Source of the DNA: Torpedo marmorata
Taxonomy: Eukaryota
Length of the DNA stretch: 64,000 nt
Direction: 5' to 3'
NCBI GenBank assembly: GCA_977017645.1
Contig: OZ360225.1
Location: 66,340,001-66,404,000, forward strand
Numbering within the stretch: position 1 is the stretch's first letter; each line of letters opens with the position of its first letter. A program made the translations under genes and the position numbers. Below the pieces are notes generated by a model. That model was given only the letters and a program-made list of their open reading frames with translations, did not search any database and was not told where the DNA came from. Positions 37,959 to 50,983 of the stretch are shown one piece after another.

Positions 37959-39825
37959 CCGTATATTTCGGCGTATAAGTCGAGTCTTGAAACGCTCAAA
38001 AATCTCTCAAAAAACGGGGGTCGACTTATACGCCGGATATACTTTTGAGACCTTAAAATCAGCTCAAAAACCAGTCCACGCTGATTCGGCGTATAAGTCG
38101 ACCCTTGAAAACCCGATTCGGCGTATAAGTCGACCCTTGAAAACACGATTCGGCGTATAAGGCGACCCTTGAAAAAACAAAAAAAACCCCGACTGCAACA
38201 AATTTTCATTGACATTTTTATTGAAAACAACAAGACATTTAGAACCCTTCAAAATCACTTTCGCTATCATCGTCTGAGGCAAAGATCTCGGCAAGCACAT
38301 CCGGGGTCTCACTGTTTAAACAGTCATCGTACGGGTCCCAGTCTGTATCTGATGAGGCGTCTTCAGCTTCGTCGTCAGTGTCCCACAATAAATCATCTTC
38401 CGTACCATCAATTGCACAAGAGATACCGCACTTTTTAAACGATTTTATTACAGTCTCTACTTTCACTTTGTCCCATGCCTTGAGCACGAAGTCACACAGC
38501 ACATCAAGCGATGCAGCACGCATTGCCCCGCCTTTTGTAAATGATTTTTCTGCACTCGTCATCCATGTATTCCACTCTTCACGCACGTGGTCTTTGAATG
38601 ACTTGTTCAAGCAGACATCGAGAGGTTGCAATATAGACGTCAAACCACCCGGGATAACCGCCATGTAAGTATTATGTTGTGCTAATCTACTTTTAGTGTT
38701 CTCAGTTAAGTGGCTACGAAACATATCCCAGACCAGCAAACTCCGTTCCTTGCGTAAACCGCCTGTACGCCTGTTCCACACATCGTCTATCCATAGTTTT
38801 ACACCATTTTCATCCATCCATCCTTTTTCATGAAAATGTACAAAAATACCTGCTGGGAAATTTATTTTAGGTTTAAGTTTGCGCTTGAAGATTACCATGG
38901 GTCTTAACTTTGTCCCGTCGGCCATGCACGATAACACCACGGTAAACCTGGTCCTTTCATGTCCTTTACTCCTCGTTTGCACAGTTTTCACACCTTTCCA
39001 TTCCACTGTTCTATTGCCTATCATGTCAAAATTCATGGGGGTTTCGTCCATGTTTCCAATATTTGCCAATGCAAACTTGTGTTTCTGCCGGTTACGTAAA
39101 ATAAACTGGTGAAAACTTACAACTTTATGATCAAGATCTTTTGGTAGTTTCTGAGCAATTTTTGTTTTTTGTCGTAAAACCAGATTTTTCCTGTTCATGA
39201 AACGGTTGCACCAGCCTACTGTAGCTTCAAAATCATTACTGAGTTCTGGGTGCGACTTTGCCCAGTTCAGTGCAAATGTTCTTATTTTATTTCGGGTGAC
39301 TATGTAGCAATCTTGCCTCTGTTCACGTACCCATGCTGCGACATGATTTTCCAACTCTGGCCAACGAATGATTCCTCTTCTCATCGAACATTGCCTTTTT
39401 GGTATTTTTCTTAAAGTATCTTCTTTCTTCCTCCAATCTCTTACCAACTTCTCGTATATATCAAATTTTCTTGCAGCAGCACAGTTGTTGGTTTTCTTGG
39501 CCATTTCTATCACTTTTAATTTAAAACTCGCCTCATACTTTCGTCGTTTCAATTGAGCCTCCATGATAACAATCACCTCCAGCCAACGCCCAGCAGCTCA
39601 ATCAGAGCGATCGTTGTGGGTCAACCTATACGCCGGTCAACGCCCAGTAGCGCAATCATCGCAATTTTTGGGGGTCAACTTATACGCCGGTCAATGCGCA
39701 ACATCTCAGGCATTGCGATTTTTGGGGATCAACTTATACGCCGGATATACAATAAAACCATTAAAATGAGGCTGAAAAAGGGGGATCGACTTATCTGCCG
39801 TCAACTTATACGCTGAAATATCCGG
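37959..39825 (-). mobile_element. pogo-superfamily DNA transposon (POGK/Passer-like), copy 2, full length
   Basis: TIRs ccgtatatttcggcgtataagt / acttatacgctgaaatatccgg, TA at 37957-58 and 39826-27; subterminal repeat arrays. Confidence 0.94.
38239..39564 (-). CDS. Intact DD35D pogo transposase (Brinker-like DBD, CENP-B HTH, DDE_1, acidic tail), 441 aa from ATG
   Basis: MEAQLKRRKYEASFKLKVI..., GWCNRFMNR, NMDETP, VWDMFRSH, QPLDVCLNK with 35 residues between 2nd and 3rd Asp; open frame; AATAAA at 38217-38222. Confidence 0.92.
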   Translation of the reverse strand: MEAQLKRRKYEASFKLKVIEMAKKTNNCAAARKFDIYEKLVRDWRKKEDTLRKIPKRQCSMRRGIIRWPELENHVAAWVREQRQDCYIVTRNKIRTFALNWAKSHPELSNDFEATVGWCNRFMNRKNLVLRQKTKIAQKLPKDLDHKVVSFHQFILRNRQKHKFALANIGNMDETPMNFDMIGNRTVEWKGVKTVQTRSKGHERTRFTVVLSCMADGTKLRPMVIFKRKLKPKINFPAGIFVHFHEKGWMDENGVKLWIDDVWNRRTGGLRKERSLLVWDMFRSHLTENTKSRLAQHNTYMAVIPGGLTSILQPLDVCLNKSFKDHVREEWNTWMTSAEKSFTKGGAMRAASLDVLCDFVLKAWDKVKVETVIKSFKKCGISCAIDGTEDDLLWDTDDEAEDASSDTDWDPYDDCLNSETPDVLAEIFASDDDSESDFEGF

Positions 39826-40748
39826 TAAATTACTGGAATATTGTACAAAAACTTTAACGTTCATTTAATTAAGACAATGTGTCACCCTCTCCTCAGGAGA
39901 TTATATTTTTTGCTAAGGTTTCAAATCCTTTTATTTCTGACTCCAGGCCCACCGATCTAGCTGACTCTTAACTCTCTCCTTAACATGGACTGGGTACCAA
40001 TCAATGACAGGCAATAAATACCACATCCCATGAGTACATCAACGAACAACACACTTTTACCATCAGAATTATCTACTCCATTTCAGATACAAAATACATT
40101 CAAATAACAACCTGTCTAGACCAAGTTTTTCAAGAGCCAGTTGTAAAATAAACTACAAAAAATAGCTGTAGGTGGCATTTGGCACTTGTGAGCAGCAATT
40201 GTAACTATAGCAACACCCACCTCATCATTGCCCAACCTTACATTCATTTACTGGTACAAGAAAACATACCAGCCCACCTGTCAATGCTTCCCCAACTGTA
40301 AGTTTGTACATGTATTCTTAACATCATCATGAGAATGGAAGACTGAATAGGTGAAATTTGGCTGCACAAATTAGATATAGAAATGGAGAAACACTTTCAG
40401 GAGTTTTGTTGATTAAAGGAGTTGACAGGGAAGAGGAGGTGGAGATATTTCCTCTAGTGAGCAGACTCCAGAGCACAGGAGAACTGCTGCCTCACAACTG
40501 CAGAAACCCAGATTTGATCCTAACGTCCAATGCTGTCCGTTCAGGATTACTTACCCAGTAGAAATGATCCTTTGTGTAAGTGGGTGGTAGAATCTGGGGG
40601 AAATAATGGGAATGAGCGAAAATAAATGGGCATAATGCAAATAGGTGTTTCAGAGTTAATGTTATCACACTAGGCTGAAGCGCCTGTTGTAGATCGTGTT
40701 TCTCTGCTGTATGAATCTATAGCTCTTACACGTGCATACAGACTAATA

Positions 40749-40950
40749 CAGTAAAATCCCTGTTATCCGGAATTCAAGCAACCGGCAAAAAAACTGCGGA
40801 AAATAAATAGGTAAAAATACGGAAGTTTAAAATTGGCGCGCTTCGCCATTAGTTCGCCAATCACGCAACACGCAATCTCAAGCAACCTGAAAATTCACTT
40901 ATCCAGCCTCTACCAATCCCCATAAGTGCCGGATACCAGGGGTTTTACTG
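40749..40950. mobile_element. Tc1/mariner-pogo (Tigger-like) MITE, 202 bp
   Basis: TIRs cagtaaaatccctgttatccgg / ccggataccaggggttttactg; TA on both sides. Confidence 0.85.
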
Positions 40951-41329
40951 TAATTATGAAAACAAATAGAAGCGCAATGCTGAAATCTAAAACAAAAACA
41001 AATTTCTTCATCAAAGATGGTTGATAATTTTGTTAGACAAAAATTTTAAGGACAGCCAGTTATGATAGAAATTGGACACATCCTAACCACTTAGGGGGGC
41101 TGACTGACTTGACACACCCAAAATATAATGTCTAGAAGTCTTGAAATCTATTTATTCCATTCATGGAGAAGCTGGATGGACATTCTAGGCGCCAAGGCAG
41201 TCACTTATACGCATTATCAAATTCTATACATGATACTCCATATGTTATAATCACATTGAAATGGTTTTTGGCAGGTTGCTTTTAAAGATGCAAATCAAAT
41301 AGGAGCAATGACCAGCTGCTACAGTATCA

Positions 41330-41700
41330 TTGGCAAGAACACGAGAAAACAGGAGCAAGAATAGGACACCAATCAACATGATGAGATCTGCCTCATGACT
41401 CCATTCTTCTTTCATACCTGTTCCCCGTCGTCCTTAATTCCCTAATCTTTCACGGGTTTATCTACATCCTCTTTAAACACTTCTAATGATCCAGCTTCCA
41501 CAACTATCTAGGGCAGAGAATTCCAGAGACTCACCACCCTCTGTGAGAAGAGATCCCTATGTACCTCAAGTTTTAATTGACATGTTACTACGTCCCCTTG
41601 TACAAATCTTCTCCCACAATTGGAAACATTTCAACATCTACCCTATCATGGTCCCTGAGGATGACATATGTTTCAAGAAGACCATTCCTCATTCAATAGA
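41330..41700 (-). mobile_element. Old CR1 3' remnant
   Basis: ggcagagaattccagagactcaccaccctctgtgagaag, typical CR1 reverse-strand sequence; similar remnant at ~15510-15740. Confidence 0.6.
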
Positions 41701-41939
41701 GTGACAATACTTAAAAAACAATAAGCACCACCAAGAGATCTTGCAGTACCAAATGGGTTGACTGACAACCATTTTGTTCTTGGCCCTGGAGGAACAGGTT
41801 TCAATAGTGCCCAAGGGCCTGAGCACTGGGAAGGGTTGCAGATTTCTAGAAGTGGGGAAGGAAAGGCCATCAGAACTAAGCTAAAGTTCAGGGACCTGGG
41901 ATCAGTTAGGCAGGCACCAAGTAAATGGCAGATAGAAGT

Positions 41940-44900
41940 GGGAGCAGGGTATATCAAGTCGCAGAGCGAGAAAGTTACACCCAGGTTGGGGAGAAGTGTT
42001 TAAAACAAGGAGCCTTTCACGGGTTTCAGCGCATCAGCAGCGGACCAATCAAGTCGCAGAGCGAGAAAGCTACACAGGAGCAAAAAGTAAAGCAGGCACA
42101 CAGCGAAGCAGTCATTGTGGGAGTGGCTAAGTGTAGGAGTGGGAATTTGAGGCTTTGGTTCGCGAGCAGAGGCTGAGGAAAAGGTGCAGAAGTTGAGGCA
42201 AGGTAATTTTTTTCTATTTCATAGATCATGGGAATGACAGCCAGGGCAGGGACATGATCTTCTGGCAGAATGTGGATTGTCAGGGAAGCCAACACTATCT
42301 CTGACAACTTCATTTGTGAGAAGTGCATCCAACTACAGCTCCTTACAAACCGAGTAAGGGAATTGGAGCTGGAATTGGATGAACTCCGGATCATTCGGGA
42401 GGCTGAGGGGGGTGATAGATAGGAGTTATCACACCTAGGAGGCAGGAGGAAGGTAGCTGGGTGACAATCAGGAGAGGGAAAGGGAATAGGCAGGCAGTGC
42501 AGGGCACCCCTGTGGCCGTTCCCCTCAATAACAAGTATACAATTTTTGATACTGTTGAGGGAGATGGCCTACAAGGAACAAGCCATGGTGGTCAGGTCTC
42601 TGGCACGGAGTCTGGTCTTGTGGCCAAGAAGGGAAGAGAGGAGAAGAGGCAAGCTGTAGTGATAGGGGATTCCATAGTCAGGGGAACAGATAAGAGGTTC
42701 TGTGGAAGAGATCGAGAATCCCGGATGGTATGTTGCCTCCCTGGTGCTAGGGTCTGAGATATATCAGAACGAGGGAGGGTGAGCAGCCAGATCTCGGGGT
42801 CCATGTAGGGACCAATGATGTGGGTAGGAAGGGTGATAAGGTCCTGCAAAGAGAATTCAGGAAGTTAGGTGCTAGGTTGAAGGACAGGACCTCCAGGATT
42901 GTGATCTCAGGATTGCTACCCGTGCCACGTGCTAGTGAGGTTAGAAGTAGGATAAAGACATGGTGCAGGAGGGAGGGCTTCAGGTTTCTGGATCACCAAG
43001 GAAGGTGGGACCTGTTCCAACAGGACGGTTTGCATCTGAACTGGAGGGGGACTAATATCCTTGCGGGAAGGTTTGCTAGTGCTGCTCCGGAGGGTTTAAA
43101 CTAGATTTGCAGGGGCATGAGTGCCAGAGCAGATAGTGAAGTGGAGGAGGAAAAAGATGATGTGAAAACTGCATGTAAACTCAGAAATCAAAGGGTTGTA
43201 TGTGGTGGAAATGTTCTCAGGTGCAGCTATTTCAAGGCAAGGAGTATTGTAGGAAAAGAAGATGAGCTTAGAGCATGGATTGGCATGTGGAATTATGACA
43301 TTATGGCCATTAGTGAAATTTGGTTGCAGGAGGGGTAGGACTGGCAGCTTAATGGTCTGGGCTTCCGTTGTTTCAGATGAGACAGAGCGGGAGGGATGAA
43401 AGGGGGGGGCGGGGTGGAGTGGCATTGATCGTCAGGGAAAATATCACAGCTGTGCTCAGGCAGGGCAGACCAGAGGCCTCATCTACTGAGGCTATATGGA
43501 GCTGAGGAACGGAAAAGGTATGACCACACTCATGGGGTTGTATTTTAGACTGCCCAATAGTCAGCGAGAAGTGGAGGAGCAAATCTGTAGAGAGATTGCA
43601 GACAGATGCAGGAAACATAAAGCTGTGATAGCAGGAGATTTTAACTTTCCACATATTGACTGGGACTTGCATACTGTAAAAGGGCTGGATGGCTTGTAGT
43701 TTGTCAAATATGTTCAGAAAAGTTTTCTAAATCAATATATAGAGGTACCAACTAGAGAGTGCAATACTGGATCTCCTATTAGGGAACCAGACAGGACAGA
43801 TGACAGAAGTATGTGTCAGGGAACATTTTGGGTCCAGTGATCATAATGCCATTAGTTTCAAGTTAATTATGAGATAAGGTCTGGTCCTCGGGTTGAGATT
43901 CTAAACTGGAGAAAGGCCAATTTTGAGGAAATGAGAAAGGATCTAGAAAGTGTGGATTGGGATAAGTTGTTTTCTGGCAAGGACGTATTCGGTAAGTGGA
44001 AGGCCTTCAAAGGCGAAATTTTGAGAATATAGAGTTTGTATGTTCCTGTCAGGATTAAAGGCAAAGTTAACAGGCATGGGGAACCTTAGTTTTAGAGGTT
44101 TATTGGGGATCTGGTTAAGAAGAAGAGAGAGGTGTATAGCAGATATAGGCAACAAGGAGCAAATGAGGAACTTGAGGAGCATAAAAAAAGGCAAGAAAAC
44201 ACTTAAGAAGGAAATCAGGAAGGCTAAAAGAAGACAAAAGGTTGCTTTGGCAGATAATGTGAAGGAAAATCCGAAGGATTTCTACAGGTATATTAAAGGC
44301 AAAAGGATAATAAGGGACAAAATTGGTCCCCTTGAAGATCAGAGTGGTCGGCTGTGTATGGAGCCAGAAGAGATGGGAGAGATCTGAAATGGATTTTTTG
44401 CATCAGTTTTTACTCAGGAAACTGGCACAGTCTAGGAAAGTAAGGAAAACAGGCTGTGAGGTCATGGAGCCTATCCATATTAAAGAGGAGGAGGTATTTG
44501 CTTTCTTAAAGCAAATAAGGTTGGATAAATCCCCAGGGCCCAACAAGATATTCCCTCGGACCTTGAGGGAGGCTAGTGTAGAAATTGCAGGGGCCCTGGC
44601 AGAAATATTTAAAATGTCATTAGCCACAAATGAGGTGCTCGAGGATTGGAGGATAGCTCATGTTGTTCTGTTGTTTAAAAAAGGTTCCAAAAGTAACCCT
44701 GGAAATTATAGGTTGGTGAGCCTGACGTCAGTAGTAGGTAAATTATTGGAAGGTTTCCTAATATATAGGATACACAAGTATTTGGATAGCCAGGGAATGA
44801 TTACGGATAGTCCACATGGCTGTGTGTGTGGTGGGTCATGTTTAACCAATCTTAGAGAGTTTTTCGAGGAGATACCAAGAACGTTGATGAAGCAAAGGCT

Positions 44901-46340
44901 GTGGATGTTGTCTAGCTGGACTTTAGAAAGGCCTTTGATAAGGTTCCACATGAGAGATTAGTCAGGAAGGTTCAGACGCTTGGTATTCATGGTGAGGTAG
45001 TAAACTGGATTTGATATTGGCTATACTGGAGAAGCCAGAGAGTGGTAGTGGATGGTTACTTCTCAGACTGAAGGCCTGTGACTAGTGGTGTGCCTCAGAT
45101 ATCAGTATCAATGATCTGGATGATAACGTGGTAAATTGGATCAGCAAGTTTGCAGATGACACAAAGATTGGAGGCGTTGTGGACAGTGAGGAAGGCTTTC
45201 AAAGCTTGCAGAGGGATCTGGACCAGCTGGAACAATGGGCTGAAAAATGGCAGATGAAATTTAATGCAGACAAGTGTGAGGTATTGGGGTAGGTGGTAGG
45301 CTAGTTTAGATTGCTTTAGCTTTTATAAAAAAATGTATTATGATGAAATTACTATATATATTTTTTTGTGGCTTGGTTCTTTTTATACCTATTGGTATTA
45401 TAATACTAAATTGTAAAGAAAAAAAATTGATATGTATCTGTAATGTATACTCTGTTATGGATGGATTAATGGAACATGTGATAATGCTTTTCTTTGCTTT
45501 TTTTCTGTAAATGTATATAGTGAATGAACTGTTATATCCATGATTTTATGGAATTAATAAAGAGATTTTAAAAAGAAAGAAGTGTGAGGTGTTGCATTTT
45601 GGAAGCCCAAGCCAAAGTAGGACATACACGGTAAATGGTAGGACACTGAGGAGTGCGGTAGAACAGAGGGATCTGGGAAGACAGATACATACAGTAATTC
45701 CCCGAAAATGGTGTCACAGGTAGATAGGGTTGTAAAGAGAGCTTTTGGCATATTGGCCTTCATAAGTCAAAGTATTGAGTATAGCAGTTGGGATCTTATG
45801 TAAAGTTGTATAAGACATTGGTGAGACCAAATCTGGACTATTGGTCACCTAACTACAGGAAATATCAATAAGATTGAAAGAGTGCAGAGAAGATTTACTA
45901 GGATGTTGCCGGGACTTCAGGCACTGAGTTACAGGGAAAGCTTAAACAGGTTAGGACTTTATTCCCTGGAGCGTAGAAGAATGAGGGGAGATTTGATAGA
46001 GGTATACAAAATTATGAGGGGTATAGACAGAGTAAATGCAAGTAGGCTTTTTCATTAAGGTTAGATGAGATACAAACCAGAGGACATGGGTTAAGGGTAA
46101 AAGGGGAAAAGTTTAGGGGGAAAAATAGAGGGAACGTTTTCACTCAGAGTAGTGGGAGTGTGGAACGAGCTGCCAGCTGAAGTGGTGAATGCGAGCTCAA
46201 TTTTCACATTTAAGAAAAATTTGAACAGGTACATGAATGGGAGGTGTAAGGAGGGCTATGGACTGGGCGCAGGTCAGTGGGACTAGGCAGAATAATAGTT
46301 CGGCACAGACTAGAATGGCCGAAGGACCTGTTTTCTGTGC
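41940..46340 (+). mobile_element. Near full-length CR1 LINE, decayed (ORF1 zinc finger + SGNH esterase; ORF2 APE-RT)
   Basis: ORF1: FICEKCIQL, VPLNNKY, VIGDSIVRG, CCLPGARV, DGLHLN; ORF2: AISEIWL, AGDFNFPHIDW, KSPGPNK, NYRLVSLTS, KFADDTK; tail (gttctat)2; many stops and frameshifts. 5' boundary approximate. Confidence 0.9.
45283..45579 (+). mobile_element. Short retroposed 3' end (AT-rich UTR with AATAAA and A-rich tail) inserted in CR1
   Basis: 11-bp TSD aagtgtgaggt at 45272-45282 and 45580-45590; ends aataaagagattttaaaaagaaag. Confidence 0.82.
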
Positions 46341-48579
46341 TGTAATGTTCTATGGTTCTATATGTGGTTCCGCATGGTGGGGGAAAACAGAGAGTATCTG
46401 AGTGATGGGCAGACTGGTTAGTAGAGATTGGGGTCTCCAGCAATGGCCTTGCAGGGGTGCTGACTCAATGCTGCATTGTGAAGACCAGGTTGGCCCTTCT
46501 GGGAACAATGTGGTCCAAGCTTAATTTTCCATCATGTACACTAAAATAAAACTTTATACAATTGAAATTTCAAGATTCATGTGAATCTTTTCTATGCTCC
46601 AGAACTTATTAAAAACAATTCCTTTCTCAACCACGTTTACATATTTACACAGTCTTAGGACTTCGGCTTTGCCAGCAAGGTCAACATTTTGATGCCTCAC
46701 CTTTCTCTCATGACCATTTCATAGATATGCACGTTGCTGAGGGTCTGAACTCTGGAGTTCAGGCAAAGATGCGAGATTTCCTCCCCCATAAATCAAGTTG
46801 GTGAATGCGTTGGGTATTAATGTGAGAATTGCGTAGTTTCCTTCACTATTACATTCAATTCCAGAATTTATTTAATTGATTGAATTTAAACCCCCGTGTG
46901 TCACGGAAGGATTTGACCTTGTATTTCTGGGGATCATCAGAGTCTTATATTGCTAGTTCACCCTCTGCTACTGTTCTCTAATGCAAACAGAATTGATATT
47001 TGCAACAACAGTTGAACTAAACAGAAAAAATATTTCTTTTGAAAGAGAGTACTTGGTTAGCCATCACCCAAAAGATATTTCAGTGAAACAGTTTATCAGA
47101 ATATCATAAGGCAGGGTCGTCAACAAAATAATATCTGGTGCTCTTTTCAGTGAATAGCCAGTTGTTTATTCACAGCTTCTTCTGCCGTCTTACATCTGGA
47201 AGAAACCTCTCTCTCTCAAATTCCTGCTCAGTTGCATAGCTGTACACAAGCTTCATTTACAGGTTACTGATAAAACCACGAGGTTTTAAATGGGTATGGG
47301 AGCACCGGCCAGTTTTTATCTCCAGTATTTATCTCCACAGATTTAATTCTTTCGGCTTTAACAGAACTCAGTGTACAACTACAATCAATGGCTAATACTC
47401 CTGTTTTGCTTGCTTCAAGCCAGCCATCTGAGGCCAATTTCCCTCCTCTGCATTCTCCAACACAGTCTAACTTTCTCAGTCAACGTTCTCCACCTTCCTT
47501 GCTTTAGGCCACTTGGAGGTCTATTGAATTCTGCAACAAGCTAAAGGAAGAATGCTAAGGCCATGGAGAGGACACAGCAATGATTTATGACTAGTACCAA
47601 GGACAATGGTGAAAGTTACATGGATAGACTGAAGGTGGGGATATTATCCTTCCATCAACCATGGTAAAAAGGAGATGAAGGATTTGATGGCATAAATTAA
47701 AAGGAACAGTTCTTGCTCATAAGAGAGCTGAGAATTGAAGAACAGGGATTTAAATTGTCTAGCAAGAGAACTCAGGGCAACATTATTTCCCACAAAATGA
47801 ATTGTTGGAATGGTCTTGCAAAAACAGAGGCAGAAGGAGATTTGGTGTTTTTACTTACGAAAAAGAAAAATGTCCAAGGCTTTGGAATTAAGAGAGTAGT
47901 TGTGTACAGATGGCTGGCAGAGATACAGTTCTGCCCACTGTTTGCTATAATAAATGTTTATAGTTGAGATATTCCACATTCTATTTTTGGTTCCATGAAC
48001 TGTCTTGGTCCTAAGCTCTGGAATTCCCTCCCTAAATATCTCTTCCTTCTTTTTCCCCTCTACTTAAGACTCTATTTAAAACTTCTATGTACGCATTTCA
48101 GCTGCCCTAACAATTCTTACTTCCGAACACATATTAAACAAACATAACTAAGCAGCTGGTGAACCTTGCCATGGTTGACAGTGTATTTAAGAATTACGAA
48201 GGAACAGAGAGCTCCTGTGTTCTATTTACATAAAAATCTATTGCTCTATGAATAACTAACCTACATTAGCATATTTGATCTTCAGTAAGAAAAGCAACAG
48301 CAAAAACAATAGATAAACGGCTAAAAATAATTGGACAACTATTCCATAAAAGCCCTTTTTGAAAAATATACAATTAAACGCATACACACACCAGACGAAA
48401 AAAATAATCAAGCAATGAAATATAAAAAGTAACACACTTGCTGAGAAATTCATGATCAGTTAGTGATACTTCAATGGGACTGAATTTTGAAAGCAGAGTA
48501 GAATAAGCAGGTACCAACATACTGCATATCAATTTCTGGATAATAAATTTCAAACTCAATGACTACACCAATGAGGGGT

Positions 48580-48806
48580 AAACTCAATCTGCTGGAGGAA
48601 CTTAACAGGCTGAGCAGCAATAGTGGGAGAAAGAGAATGGAAGATGGTTCAGACTGAACCTTTTACCTCTTTATCTCAATAAAGGGTATCAGCCAGATAT
48701 ATTGACAATTCTTTTTCTCCCACTGATGCTGTTCGACCCGCTGAGTTCCTCCAGCAGATTGTGTTTAGCTTCAGATTCCAGCATTTGCAATCTCCTGTGT
48801 GTCTCC
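48580..48806. mobile_element. Old PLE-end palindrome (different subfamily)
   Basis: caatctgctggaggaacttaacagg...gtgggagaaagagaat is the inverted counterpart of attctttttctcccac...ccgctgagttcctccagcagattg; right arm has an extra tail; hammerhead core decayed. Confidence 0.7.
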
Positions 48807-50606
48807 ATGAATGTGGGGTAGTTTGGTGAGGAGTAGAGCTCTTAGGAGGTACTGGATTCAAATTAAGGTGGGAGACCGAATGAACAAGAGAGTCCATTGA
48901 GGTATGTTGCAAGCACCCTTGTTATTGAGATCAAGCTCTACCCAATTATCAAATCTAGATCAGCACTTGATGCAGTTCTGAAGGAGTGTTGCATATTTTG
49001 GGGGATGTAGCATTTTGACTGATACACTGAACATCTCTCAGGTCAGCATGAAAGGAGAGCAAGGAGTATTCTGCTAGCACCTAACCTAGTGTTTATCTCT
49101 CAATCATTATTGACAAATAGGTTGCCTCGTTGCCAACACATACTTCCTTACAGCATAGGAAGCCATTTAACCCATCAAATCTCTGTTGGCTCACACAATA
49201 TCACATTTCCATTTTGTCCAAATGCAATGGTGTTACGGTTATCAGCCCTGCTGGTCTATCCTGCAGTCTCCAGCAACGGGAAACTAAATCATAGAATGGG
49301 AGGTGGGAAGGTGGTGTATTTTATATTTACTTCCATTGATCCTCCTTGTTTACTATAAAATGTCTGGCACTGAAGAAGAAACTGACAGTCAAAAACCATC
49401 CAATTGGATAAGAAAGATCTTCTACGTTCTCCAGTTTGCCATGGAAATTGAGATTTGACACGTTGGGTTACCAATGGTCAGGAGGAGGTGATTGTGTAAC
49501 AAAGAATCCTTGATGACCTGTACATCCAACCAGATTTTATGCTTAAGCAATACAGGAATTATAATTTTAAAATGTTTGGTAATCACAGAGCAATCAGCAT
49601 TTGGAATAGCTAACCAGGTGAACATTTCAGAAATGACCCTTCCCTACAATGTTCTCTGGTGTCTATTTTCATATATTTCTATTTATTCAGAATAACCACA
49701 ATGGATATTTTTTTATTTACTTCACTGCTGAACCCTCGACTTAAATGTCTATTGAAATCAAACATGAATTCAATGCAAACATTTTGTTTTATTAGTCCTT
49801 TACACCAAAGCAAAAAATAATACTGGCCTTTTGTAATTATTATTCTATTTGAGTACTCAAAATAGCTTTCAGTGTGTCAGAAGCAGTTTGAGAGCGAATG
49901 GAGATTATAAAGGTAGATTACTCACCTTTAGGTAAGTAATCAAGCTTACAATAAATGTACTCACCTCATTCCATTGATATGTTAGACACTCTAACGGGAA
50001 AAATCATAATGTCCAACTTCCTTTGTTATTTTTGGGTCCTTCTACAGTTTCAGCTTGTAAGCACCCCTTATCATTTCATCAAGATAGAGGACATGAGGAG
50101 GCATATGAAAGTAGGAATTCTCAAATCTTTAGCCTGCTAAAATTCTCCCTTAACTTTTATCTTGGTCCCTGAGTATGAGGAAGTTAGAGAAAGGCTTTCA
50201 CATTCATTTTAGGAAGTCGCAACAAGCTTTACAGGCAATACTTTGAAACATTGTTAATGTGCTAATATAGGAAATGGAATAACCAATTTATGCCCAGCAA
50301 GCTTCCACACTCTGATTTTGGCCAGATAATTTGGGATATTGATGTTGAATAAGAGATAAATATTGTAGAACTAAATCTACAATACTGGGACCACATTAGA
50401 AGAACTGATCGAGTCTTAAAGCCAAAACAATGTTTTCCCATTTATTTTGGTTTAATATTGTTTTGGGTCAAACTGGTAGCAATAGCCCCTACAGCCACTC
50501 TAACCACTAGGAGCTCCCAGCATTGGAGGAAGCACCCAGTGGTGGATTGACCATTAGGCTGAGTAGGCTGAAGCCTAAGGGCCCGGAAGGTAAGGGGGCC
50601 CGTCAA

Positions 50607-50659
50607 ACAACAATAGAAATAAGAGATACAACAATAGAAATAAGAGATACAGCAATAGA
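50607..50659. repeat. 21-bp tandem repeat x2.5
   Basis: acaacaatagaaataagagat repeated. Confidence 0.85.
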
Positions 50660-50983
50660 GATGTTACTTTAACATGCCAAAGGGAACTAAGCCACAAGAT
50701 TAAAAGTATTTTAAAATTGCAACAACTTGTAGCTTTCAACGCTCCTGTCGATTGGCTTTCACCTATTCACTGGCACAGGCAGAGCGGTTCCAGCTGCGTG
50801 GGGGATTATGGGTAACGAAGACGGCCATTGATCCCGCATTGAGCCGCCACCTTATGTCGCGCTGCTTGTTGGAAAACAACTGCTGCTGGAACCAAGTTTC
50901 TTACCATTTCCTCTTTCAAAAACTTTGATGAATTTGAACACTATTAAATCTCCCCTTGACCATCCAAGTGGCAAGGAAAATAA

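Noticed and set aside
9714-39825. The two pogo copies as ends of one 30-kb composite transposon
   Set aside because: TA TSDs are uninformative, and the intervening DNA looks like native intron with old repeats; independent insertions or a local hop are simpler.
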